A stretch of 55,670 bases of DNA. Source: an uncultured Candidatus Sumerlaeota bacterium. GTDB taxonomy: Bacteria > CAYMEV01. The stretch's first letter is position 1. Each line of letters begins with the position of its first letter. Where the stretch lies: assembly GCA_964389675.1 (NCBI GenBank), contig CAYMEV010000006.1:91217-146886 (forward strand), in the 5' to 3' direction. Shown here one piece after another: positions 29,369 through 38,225 of the stretch. The position numbers and the translations under genes were made by a program. The notes under the pieces were generated by a model. It made no database searches, was not told where the DNA came from, and saw nothing but the letters and a program-made list of their open reading frames with translations.

Positions 29369-30850
29369 ATGAATATGAATTGGATACCCCTGGCTATAAT
29401 TCTGGCATATTTTTTCCTGCTAATAACAATTGGCTATCTTGCAAAAAGGCTTTCAAAAACAAGCACAGATTTTTTCATAGCGGGAAGGAATATGGGAATA
29501 ACTCTTGTCACTGTTTCTATAGTGGGAGAATGGCTCGGCGGAATGAGTACTATCGGGACATCTGAAATGGCTTATCAGCATGGGTTTTTCCCTTTATGGT
29601 ATAATGTTTCAACTGCAATCGGGATGTTCTTGTTCGGCCTTACAATGGCCCAGTACTACAGGAGAAACAATGCACATACAGTAGGCGAGATGCTTGAAAA
29701 CCTGTACAGCAAGCATACACGTGTTTTTTCCTCAATAGCGTTTGTAATTGCTTTTATAATACTCTCATTTCTGCAGTTAAAGGCCATAGGAAGTGTAATG
29801 TCCCTTTTGTTCAATATTTCCTTCTCAGCCGCTGTCATAGTATCAGGGATTATCATATTTCTTTATGTCTTTAAGGGAGGGATGTTTTCAATAGCATTTA
29901 CCAACCTGATCCATATAATCCTTTTATACTCTTCAATACTGATAGTCTTTTTCATTGTCTATACCAGGATAGGCGGCTATGAAGGACTATTCTCAAGCCT
30001 TTTCAATCAGTTCATCAAAGAGGGAATCCAGCCGGAACATGCATCTTTGATGGTATCCAGCTATAAAAACCCTTTTTCTCTTGGGATAAGCAGGGTCATA
30101 GCCTGGCTTCTCGGCGGGATATTATCCGGATTTGCATCACAGGCCTGCATTCAGCCGGTATTTTCAGCAAAAAATATAAAAACTGCAAAATACAGCTCAA
30201 TATTGAGCGCTTTCCTCATTGCTCCGCTTGGAATTATTATATCAACGCTTGGAATTGCAGTCAGGACAGGATATTTTGGAAATATAAACGACCTTGAACC
30301 AAAGAATGCTCTGCCCTTTCTACTCCTTGACAATGATCTGCTTTCCCCTGTGCTTTCAGGCCTGGCATCAGCAGGTATAATAGCAGCAATCCTTTCAACT
30401 GTCGCACCCGTAATGTTTGCCATAAGCACTATTCTGGTCAAGGATTTCTATCACAGGATAATAAACGAGAATGCAGAGGAAAAGACTCTTCTGATGGTCT
30501 CCAGGTATTCAGTTCTTTTTGTCTGCCTTCTCACCATCCCCCTTGCAATATTTCTCAAGGGAGGCATCCTCGAGGCTGCCTATATAACATATGGCATAAG
30601 GGCTTCTGCAGCGCTGGTGGTAATAATGGGAATACTATTCCTCAATAAGCGTACTAGAAAATCCCGTATCCCTGAAAAGGCTGCTTCCTATTCAATACTG
30701 GCATCAACAGCAGGAATAATCATATTTGTAATGCTGAAAGGCAGAATTGACAGTATCATCGGGATAGATATCGACAAAGTCTATATATCTCTGATACTAA
30801 GCATCCTGTCATTAATCCTGCTCTCAAAATTCCTTTCCGCGAAAAGGTAA
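29369..30850 (+). CDS. Sodium:solute symporter family protein
   Basis: Motifs DFFIAGRNMG, EWLGGMSTIG, TVGEMLE, GGMFSIAFT and AAILST; about 13 TM segments. Confidence 0.92.
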   Translation: MNMNWIPLAIILAYFFLLITIGYLAKRLSKTSTDFFIAGRNMGITLVTVSIVGEWLGGMSTIGTSEMAYQHGFFPLWYNVSTAIGMFLFGLTMAQYYRRNNAHTVGEMLENLYSKHTRVFSSIAFVIAFIILSFLQLKAIGSVMSLLFNISFSAAVIVSGIIIFLYVFKGGMFSIAFTNLIHIILLYSSILIVFFIVYTRIGGYEGLFSSLFNQFIKEGIQPEHASLMVSSYKNPFSLGISRVIAWLLGGILSGFASQACIQPVFSAKNIKTAKYSSILSAFLIAPLGIIISTLGIAVRTGYFGNINDLEPKNALPFLLLDNDLLSPVLSGLASAGIIAAILSTVAPVMFAISTILVKDFYHRIINENAEEKTLLMVSRYSVLFVCLLTIPLAIFLKGGILEAAYITYGIRASAALVVIMGILFLNKRTRKSRIPEKAASYSILASTAGIIIFVMLKGRIDSIIGIDIDKVYISLILSILSLILLSKFLSAKR

Positions 30851-30879
30851 TTATCATATAATCTATGAATAAAATGATT

Positions 30880-30909
30880 TTGACATGGAGATATATTCGA
30901 TGCTATCAT
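30880..30909 (+). promoter_or_regulatory. Sigma70-like promoter for the ferritin-like gene
   Basis: TTGACA-18 nt-TATCAT with an extended TGn, about 30 nt before the ATG. Confidence 0.5.
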
Positions 30910-30938
30910 AATAAATCAAAATATAACTGGAGCATGCC

Positions 30939-31409
30939 ATGGAAAATATATACACTGTATTAAGGTTGCTGGAGGATCTGGAAGACAGCATATCCATGCT
31001 TTATCAGCGTTTCAGCGATGATTATGCAATCGATGAGGCAACCTCTTTCTTTTTTTACAAACTAAGCCTTGATGAGATCGCACACCGGGACCTCGTCAGG
31101 TACCAGCTGAAGCTTTTAAGAAATGCCCGGCCCGATGCTTATAATGATGTGGACATAGACATTAATATTATCAGGGAACTCATAGATAATATAGAAAAGA
31201 AGCTCAATTCTGATGAAAAATACCCGATAAATCGAGCTGTTGACATTGCCCTTGAGATTGAATCAAATGCTGCGGAACATCATTACAAGGGAGCCATGAA
31301 GCAGGCCATGCCTGAAATGGCAAGGCTTCTTGACAGCCTTGGCAAGGCAGATAAAGAGCATATGCAGCTTATAAGGAATTTTATTAAAAACCATGAGCTG
31401 GGAATATAG
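30939..31409 (+). CDS. Ferritin-like / rubrerythrin-family protein
   Basis: Paired di-iron-type motifs E..(Y), DEIAH, E..A...Y and DKEH; GGAG RBS. Confidence 0.75.
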   Translation: MENIYTVLRLLEDLEDSISMLYQRFSDDYAIDEATSFFFYKLSLDEIAHRDLVRYQLKLLRNARPDAYNDVDIDINIIRELIDNIEKKLNSDEKYPINRAVDIALEIESNAAEHHYKGAMKQAMPEMARLLDSLGKADKEHMQLIRNFIKNHELGI

Positions 31410-31419
31410 CAGGATACCC

Positions 31420-33564
31420 TTATCCTGCCTGATCTTCCCTGTTTATCCTGAACCTTGATATAGCTTCATTAAGGAGGCCAGATTCCCGCCTGAGCCCGGA
31501 AAGTGAATCTGTCATGTTTTTGATGCTCTGAAGGTTTTCTTCAGTGCTTTTTTTCAGTAATTCCGTAATTCTTTTTATCTCGGTGCTTTTTTCGTTTTGC
31601 TCCTGTGAAGCCTTCTTGATGTTGAAGACCATGTCTGATACATTCTTCATTGCTTCTGAAAGCTGTAAGGCTTCATTTGACTGGGAGGCCATTGCATGCT
31701 TTGATTCTTTTGAGCTGTTTTTTATCTCCTCCACAGCCTTTGAAATCTCCTCTGAAATAACAGCCAGATCCTCCAGAGTCTGAGTCATCTCCTTTATCAT
31801 AAAAGTCTCGTCATTTACGTCTTTGGTGATAAGTTTTGAACTTTCAGCCTGCTCTTTGGTATTTCTTACTATCTCCCTTGAAATGGAGCTGGATTTTTGA
31901 GCAGATCCAAGTATTCTCTGGAGGGCGTTTCCTGTCTCCTGGCTTTGCGTAGATCCCTGTTCTACAAGCTCTGATGTTTTTTTCATCGAACTTACAGATT
32001 TTTTTATCCCGTTTTGCAGGCCCTTGATAAGCTCATCAATCTCTCTGGTTGAGACCTTTGTCCTCTCAGACAGGTTCCTGATCTCATCAGCCACAACTGA
32101 AAAACCCTTTCCGTGCTCTCCTGAATGAGCTGCTATAATTGCAGCATTCAGTGAAAGAAGGTTGGTCTGCTCAGTAATATCATTTATTACTATCAGGATG
32201 CTGCCGATTTCCTTTGATCCGATCCTTAAGCCCTCTATATCATCAACTGTATTGTAGACTGTATCGCGTATATGATTCATCAGGTTAATATTCCTCTGTA
32301 CAATATCAATACTTTCCTTTGAGTAGTTTGATACCTCTTCTGACAGTTTCATCGATTCATTGGAAATAGACTCAATCTGTTTTGTTGATTGCTCCATTTC
32401 AATCATGGATGCTGAGATATTCTCGGCAAACCTGTTGAGCTGGTTTGCATTTATTGATGTCTTTTTGATATTTGCTGCAAGTTTTTCAGATGATTCAGCT
32501 GTCTTGACCGTTATATGGTCAAGATTTTCTATGCTTGCAAGGTTGCCTGATATGGAATCTGACATCCTCTGCACGGAAAGGGAAGTATTTTCTGAATTCT
32601 TATACAGTACATTAATATTATTTGATATATGCTGTACGGAAACAAGGACATCCTTCAGGTAATCAGAAATATTATTCAGATTCAGGCTCTGTTTCTCGAC
32701 CACACCGACAAAATTCTTAATGCTGTTTTCAAGCTCCGTATTTCTCTGTTTCATTTTTGTATAACTGTCCTGTATTGCCGATACAGTAGCTATGAGCTGC
32801 TGGGTCATCCTGTTGAAACGATTGCTGAGGTCACCCAGTTCATCATTAGAATGAACGGGAATTTCTATGCTCAGATTGCCCATTGCGATCTGGTCGCTGG
32901 AATGGAGAATACTGCTTACTGGCTTTAAGAGTATTATTTTTATAGCAAATATCCCCATAAACAGAGAGATTATTAAAACAGCATAAAAGATCACTCTGTT
33001 GACGGACTGCATATCCTTTATATCCTGTGATATGACTGCCATCTGCTGGGCAAGATAGCTTGAATGGATCCTTGAAAGCTGTCCAAGCCTTTCTTTTATA
33101 TCCTCTGTTCTTTCATTCAGGCCCTTTGCAGATTCTAATATTTCATCGCTCATAACGCCATTTGCCAGCTGTGTATAGGTTAAGACAGCCTCATCGTTAA
33201 ATATACCTATGAGGCTGGATATTTGCGATACATCTTCCTTTATCCTGTCAGGAACACCATTATAGGCCTGTATTGCAGAAAGACTGCCCACAATCTCATT
33301 GTACTGGGCTTCCGCATCTTCAATAAGCTTCAGCTCGCCTGTAAGAACACTGTCATTATAGTATTTTATAAGGTTATCAAAGCTGACAGCAGCACCTGTT
33401 GTAAGTTTTTCGACAGGAAGATGGACATCGGAGATGATATTCAGCTTGTTTTCAATTCCCTGCCTTGTATTATCAAGCAGGATCATCGAGATTATATAGC
33501 CTATTATAAGAAAGGAAAATGCCAGTAAAATTCGGTAAAGAATTGAAAATCTTATCTTTTTCAT
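31420..33564 (-). CDS. Methyl-accepting chemotaxis protein
   Basis: Two TM segments, HAMP domain ([14 protein letters not shown]), signalling hairpin [37 protein letters not shown]. Confidence 0.95.
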   Translation of the reverse strand: MKKIRFSILYRILLAFSFLIIGYIISMILLDNTRQGIENKLNIISDVHLPVEKLTTGAAVSFDNLIKYYNDSVLTGELKLIEDAEAQYNEIVGSLSAIQAYNGVPDRIKEDVSQISSLIGIFNDEAVLTYTQLANGVMSDEILESAKGLNERTEDIKERLGQLSRIHSSYLAQQMAVISQDIKDMQSVNRVIFYAVLIISLFMGIFAIKIILLKPVSSILHSSDQIAMGNLSIEIPVHSNDELGDLSNRFNRMTQQLIATVSAIQDSYTKMKQRNTELENSIKNFVGVVEKQSLNLNNISDYLKDVLVSVQHISNNINVLYKNSENTSLSVQRMSDSISGNLASIENLDHITVKTAESSEKLAANIKKTSINANQLNRFAENISASMIEMEQSTKQIESISNESMKLSEEVSNYSKESIDIVQRNINLMNHIRDTVYNTVDDIEGLRIGSKEIGSILIVINDITEQTNLLSLNAAIIAAHSGEHGKGFSVVADEIRNLSERTKVSTREIDELIKGLQNGIKKSVSSMKKTSELVEQGSTQSQETGNALQRILGSAQKSSSISREIVRNTKEQAESSKLITKDVNDETFMIKEMTQTLEDLAVISEEISKAVEEIKNSSKESKHAMASQSNEALQLSEAMKNVSDMVFNIKKASQEQNEKSTEIKRITELLKKSTEENLQSIKNMTDSLSGLRRESGLLNEAISRFRINREDQAG

Positions 33565-33601
33565 ATTATTATCTTGCCTTAAGTATTATTTAAATAAATG
33601 A

Positions 33602-34357
33602 CTAGCCGCACAGTACATTACCGCCATTTACGCTAAGGACCTCACCTGAAACAGCGCTTGCATAATCAGAAAGCAGAAATATGATAGGGTGGGCTATCTC
33701 TATAGGCTCAGGAATCCTTTTTATCGGTATTGTATCAGCAATCTTCTGCTTTCCGCCGCCACTGAATATCTCTTTGTTCATTTCTGTGTCAACCCATCCA
33801 GGAGCAACACAGTTAACTATAATGCCCTTTGAAGATATTTCAGTACAAAGGGATTTTGTATAGGCAATTATCGCAGCCTTCGTAGCTGCATAATGTGCAT
33901 GGCAACCCTCACCTCTAATACCGGCTGTTGAGGCAACATTTACTATTCTCCCCTTATGCATGGACTTAAGCCATTTTTTTATCAGATAATCAGTCAGCAG
34001 ATAAACTGATCTCAGATTATTCTTTATGACATAATCCCATTGTGGAACATCAAAACTTCCTGCAATAAGGGGGGTCCATACACCCGCGCAGTTTACAAGG
34101 TAATCGACTCTGCCAAATTTATCATATGCAAAATCAATAAGGCGGACAGCTGTAGGTTCATCGCTTATATCTCCCTCGAACAGGGTTATCTCCCTGTTTT
34201 CCATCTTAAATTTCTCCGCATTTTCCCGATTGCTTTTATATGAGGAGATGACCTTCGAGCCGTATTTATCCAACAGAATTGCAGTTTCCCTGCCTATCCC
34301 GCGCGTTCCTCCTGTAACAATGCTTATCCTGCCTGTAAAATCATACATAATCTGCAA
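33602..34357 (-). CDS. SDR family oxidoreductase (FabG-like)
   Basis: Motifs TGGTRGIG, VNCAG, YAATK and VNCVAPG. Confidence 0.92.
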   Translation of the reverse strand: MQIMYDFTGRISIVTGGTRGIGRETAILLDKYGSKVISSYKSNRENAEKFKMENREITLFEGDISDEPTAVRLIDFAYDKFGRVDYLVNCAGVWTPLIAGSFDVPQWDYVIKNNLRSVYLLTDYLIKKWLKSMHKGRIVNVASTAGIRGEGCHAHYAATKAAIIAYTKSLCTEISSKGIIVNCVAPGWVDTEMNKEIFSGGGKQKIADTIPIKRIPEPIEIAHPIIFLLSDYASAVSGEVLSVNGGNVLCG

Positions 34358-34693
34358 ACCCCCAATGCTTTATAATTATACTATAAGAAATATCATATTA
34401 TTCAAAAGAATTTTTTTCATGCCCTGTGCCATATTAGGTAAGACTTCAGCTAAACCATGAGAAAAAGAAAACTCTGAACAGATATACCTGCATGCTTTTC
34501 CCAGGCCTCGTTTCTAATGGACACTGGACACAATTCTTAATAACTGCAAAGCAATCAGTATTATTATATTGCATCAAACGGGCCTTCTTATGAGCTATTT
34601 GCTGTCAGAAGCTCTAAATAACAATATTTCCAGATTTGCATTGGCATCAATTTTGTTTGCAGACGTCCTGACATGCTATTATAATATTATTTT

Positions 34694-36655
34694 ATGGAAA
34701 GGATTGGGATAGATACAGGCGGTACATTTACAGATATAGTCATATATGATGAGAACAGGCTTGTTATAAAAAAGGTGCTTTCTGACAGGACAAGCCCCAA
34801 AAAAAGCCTTTCAGAAGGATTAAAAAGGCTTATGGATACTGATTTCAGGCTCACATACGGCACTACCATAGCAGTTAATGCATTTCTTGAAAAAAAGGGG
34901 GGTAAAACAGCTTTGCTTGCTACTTCGGGTTTTGAGCATGTTCTCCACATACAAAGGCAGAAAAGGATAAATCTCTTTTCACTGTTTCCAGAAAAAGCCG
35001 ATTCCCTTATTCCTCTTGAGCTGTGTTTCGGCATTGACGAAAGAATCCTGTATGATGGCAAAGTGGAGAAAGAGATTGATTTGAACCAGCTTAAGAAAAT
35101 TTCCCAGATACTTAAAAAAAGAAATGTTATATCAGTAACCATAGCATTTCTACATTCATATAAAAATGATATAAATGAAAGGAAAGCTGAAAAATTCTTT
35201 AAAGAAGAAGGCTTTTTTGTATCAGCTTCCTTTAGAATCCTGCCTGAGCAGAGAGAGTACGAAAGGGCTGTCATCTCTGCCCTCAATGCTTATATAATGC
35301 CTCCTTTTCATGATCATATTGAAGACATAAAGGGGCTGATAAGAAAGCCCTTTTATATAATGCAGTCAGTAGGCGGGTTTCTTTCACCTGAATCAGCGCA
35401 GGAAATCCCCGTAAAAACAATGCTTTCAGGGCCTGTGGGCGGTGTAATAGCTGCACATTACTATCAGGAGGGTAACAGGCTGATAACGCTGGACATGGGA
35501 GGCACGTCGACGGATATTTCACTTATAGACAGGGAGATAGCAGTTACACAGGACAGTGAGCTCGAGAACCTTCCGATAAGGATACCCACCGTATTCATCC
35601 AGACCATAGGAGCCGGCGGAGGGTCCATCGCCTGGTTTGATAAAGTCGGCGTTTTAAAGCTGGGGCCTATGAGCGCAGGCTCTGACCCCGGCCCTGCATG
35701 CTATGGGAAATCTGATATATGCACTCTTACAGATGCTTATGTTTTTTTGGGATATATCATGCCAGATGCTTTTCTTGGGGGCGAAATGAGAATATACCCT
35801 GAACGGAGCATCAAGGCCATAGGACAGATCGCTAAAAGGCTTGGAAAAACTCCTGAAGAAACGGCGGAAGGCATAATAGACCTCTCTATTGTGCTTATGG
35901 AGAAGGCCTTAAGGAACATATCCCTCCAGAAGGGATATGACCCTTCAGAATTTGAGCTGATGCCCTTCGGCGGTGCAGGAGGGCTCGCTGCTGTTGAACT
36001 TGCTGAAAAAATCGGCATAAAAAGGGTTATAATACCTCCATACCAGGGAGTTCTTTCAGCAGTGGGAATGCTGATTGCAAAATCAGCGAGGGAATCATCC
36101 ATATCCGTTCTGAAAACCCTTTCCAAAATAGATCCCCTTGAACTTGAGGCTCATTATGATGACCTGGAAGAAGGGATATCGGCTGAAATAAAAAAGGATT
36201 TTTATAAAAAGACCAGGATACGCTTTCATAGAAGCCTTGACATGAGATATAAAGGCCAGACCTATTATATCAATATCCCCTATATCAAAAACTTCAGCAG
36301 ATTATATCGCGCATTTAGCAGAATACACAAGAGGATATACTCACATTGCTTTGAAAATAAGGAGATTGAGGTTGTGAATATTAGAGTAAAGGGTTTCTCA
36401 GCTGAGAAAACCCTGGAGCTTCCCCATGAGGGGACAATCCTAAACGAGGAAGCCTGCCCCGCTGTCAGGCAAATATTCTATAAAAAAAGGATTATTGAAG
36501 CTGCATTCCATATTAAAGAAAGTATCAGGGAAGATGATGTGATTACAGGGCCTGCAATCCTGTCATCAAAGCATTCGACAGTTTTCATTCCTCCATACTA
36601 CAGGGGGAAGAAATCTGTGAAAGGAAATATAATAATTGAAAAAATTCCAGTATGA
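34694..36655 (+). CDS. Hydantoinase/oxoprolinase subunit A (ATP-binding)
   Basis: Motifs IDTGGTFTD, GTTIAVNA, LSGPVGG, DMGGTSTD, IGAGGGS, SAGSDPGPACYG and FGGAGG. Confidence 0.93.
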   Translation: MERIGIDTGGTFTDIVIYDENRLVIKKVLSDRTSPKKSLSEGLKRLMDTDFRLTYGTTIAVNAFLEKKGGKTALLATSGFEHVLHIQRQKRINLFSLFPEKADSLIPLELCFGIDERILYDGKVEKEIDLNQLKKISQILKKRNVISVTIAFLHSYKNDINERKAEKFFKEEGFFVSASFRILPEQREYERAVISALNAYIMPPFHDHIEDIKGLIRKPFYIMQSVGGFLSPESAQEIPVKTMLSGPVGGVIAAHYYQEGNRLITLDMGGTSTDISLIDREIAVTQDSELENLPIRIPTVFIQTIGAGGGSIAWFDKVGVLKLGPMSAGSDPGPACYGKSDICTLTDAYVFLGYIMPDAFLGGEMRIYPERSIKAIGQIAKRLGKTPEETAEGIIDLSIVLMEKALRNISLQKGYDPSEFELMPFGGAGGLAAVELAEKIGIKRVIIPPYQGVLSAVGMLIAKSARESSISVLKTLSKIDPLELEAHYDDLEEGISAEIKKDFYKKTRIRFHRSLDMRYKGQTYYINIPYIKNFSRLYRAFSRIHKRIYSHCFENKEIEVVNIRVKGFSAEKTLELPHEGTILNEEACPAVRQIFYKKRIIEAAFHIKESIREDDVITGPAILSSKHSTVFIPPYYRGKKSVKGNIIIEKIPV

Positions 36656-38225
36656 CAGCATAAAACTGGAGGTCTTCAGGAATATCTTCCAGTCTGTCTG
36701 TGATGAAATGGGAAATGTTATCAGGCTCTCTGCATTCAGCCCAAATATCAAGGAGAGGAATGATTTCTCGTGTGCACTGTTTTTAAAAAACGGCGAGAGC
36801 TTTGCCTTCGGGTCCCATATTCCTGTTCACCTTGGCTCCATGCCGCTTTCTGTTAAAAATGCAATCGAAAACTATGAATTTTCTGAGGGTGATGTTATAA
36901 TACTTAATGATCCATTTTCAGGGGGCACCCACCTGCCTGATATTACAATGGTTTCCCCATTCTTTTATAAAAACAGTATGCAGTTCTTCGTCTCCTGCAG
37001 GGCGCATCACAGTGATATAGGCGGGTCTCAGCCAGGATCCATGCCCCTCGCATCCGATATCTATCAGGAAGGTCTGATAATACCGCCAGTAAAACTGTAC
37101 AGAAAGGGCAGATTAAACAGGGATATCCTGAATATTATACTTGCCAATACCAGAACCCCTCTGGAAAGGGAAGGGGATATCAATGCACAGATCGCCGCAA
37201 TAAACAGGGGCAAACAAAGGCTGAAAAGCATCATGGATTATTACGGTGCTGATGCGATAAACTGGTATGCAAATGGAGTCATTGAATATTCCGAAGAGAT
37301 ATTCAACGCAATAATAAAGGATATACCAGACGGAATTTACAGCTTTACGGATTATATGGATGATGACGGCTTCTCATCAAGAAATATAAAAATATCATTA
37401 GACATAAAAATAGTGGGTTTTAATATCCTTTTTGATTTTTCCAAAAGCAGCCCTTCAGTACAGGGCGGCATAAATGCAAATGAGGCGATAGTCTATTCAA
37501 GCGTGATGTTCTGCCTTATATCTGCTTTTAAGGAACAGATACCAATAAACAGCGGTATAATGCGATCTGTCAGAATAAGTCTAAGCCCTGACAGCATTGT
37601 TAATGCAAAAAAGCCCGCTGCAGTCGCTGGAGGAAATGTAGAAACATCGCAGAGGATTGTTGATGTCATTCTGGGAGCCTTGAGCAGCTGCAGAAGCCTT
37701 GAGATTCCATCTGCTTCCCAGGGGACCATGAACAATATAACCTTTGGAGGATCGGACAGCAGCGGAAGTTTCTTTACATATTACGAAACCATCGGGGGAG
37801 GCTGCGGAGCATTTACACTTTATAACGGAGCATCAGGCGTCCATTCTCATATGACTAACTCTCTAAATACCCCTGTTGAAGTACTTGAATCAAATATCCC
37901 GGTCAGGATTACCAGATATCTGCTGAGGAAGAATTCCGGCGGAAAAGGGAAGTACATTGGAGGCGACGGCATCATCAGGGAATATCAATGCCTTAAGGAC
38001 ATAAGCGTCAGCATTCTATCCGATAGAAGAGAGCTGCCTCCATATGGCCTTAAGGGTGGAGGCCCGGGCCAAAAAGGGGCAAATTATCTAAAGCGTGATA
38101 AAAAAATTATCCCTCTCAGGTCAAAGATCAACTTCAGGGCATTAAAGTCAGATAATATTATTATAGAGACACCAGGAGGGGGAGGGTACGGAATCAAGAA
38201 AAAAGGAGGCAGAAAAAAGAAATGA
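36636..38225 (+). CDS. Hydantoinase B/oxoprolinase subunit
   Basis: Motifs SPNIKERNDFSCA, HIPVHLGSM, NDPFSGGTHLPD, RAHHSDIGG, SQGTMNN, HMTNS and TPGGGGYG. Confidence 0.93.
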   Translation: MKKFQYDSIKLEVFRNIFQSVCDEMGNVIRLSAFSPNIKERNDFSCALFLKNGESFAFGSHIPVHLGSMPLSVKNAIENYEFSEGDVIILNDPFSGGTHLPDITMVSPFFYKNSMQFFVSCRAHHSDIGGSQPGSMPLASDIYQEGLIIPPVKLYRKGRLNRDILNIILANTRTPLEREGDINAQIAAINRGKQRLKSIMDYYGADAINWYANGVIEYSEEIFNAIIKDIPDGIYSFTDYMDDDGFSSRNIKISLDIKIVGFNILFDFSKSSPSVQGGINANEAIVYSSVMFCLISAFKEQIPINSGIMRSVRISLSPDSIVNAKKPAAVAGGNVETSQRIVDVILGALSSCRSLEIPSASQGTMNNITFGGSDSSGSFFTYYETIGGGCGAFTLYNGASGVHSHMTNSLNTPVEVLESNIPVRITRYLLRKNSGGKGKYIGGDGIIREYQCLKDISVSILSDRRELPPYGLKGGGPGQKGANYLKRDKKIIPLRSKINFRALKSDNIIIETPGGGGYGIKKKGGRKKK

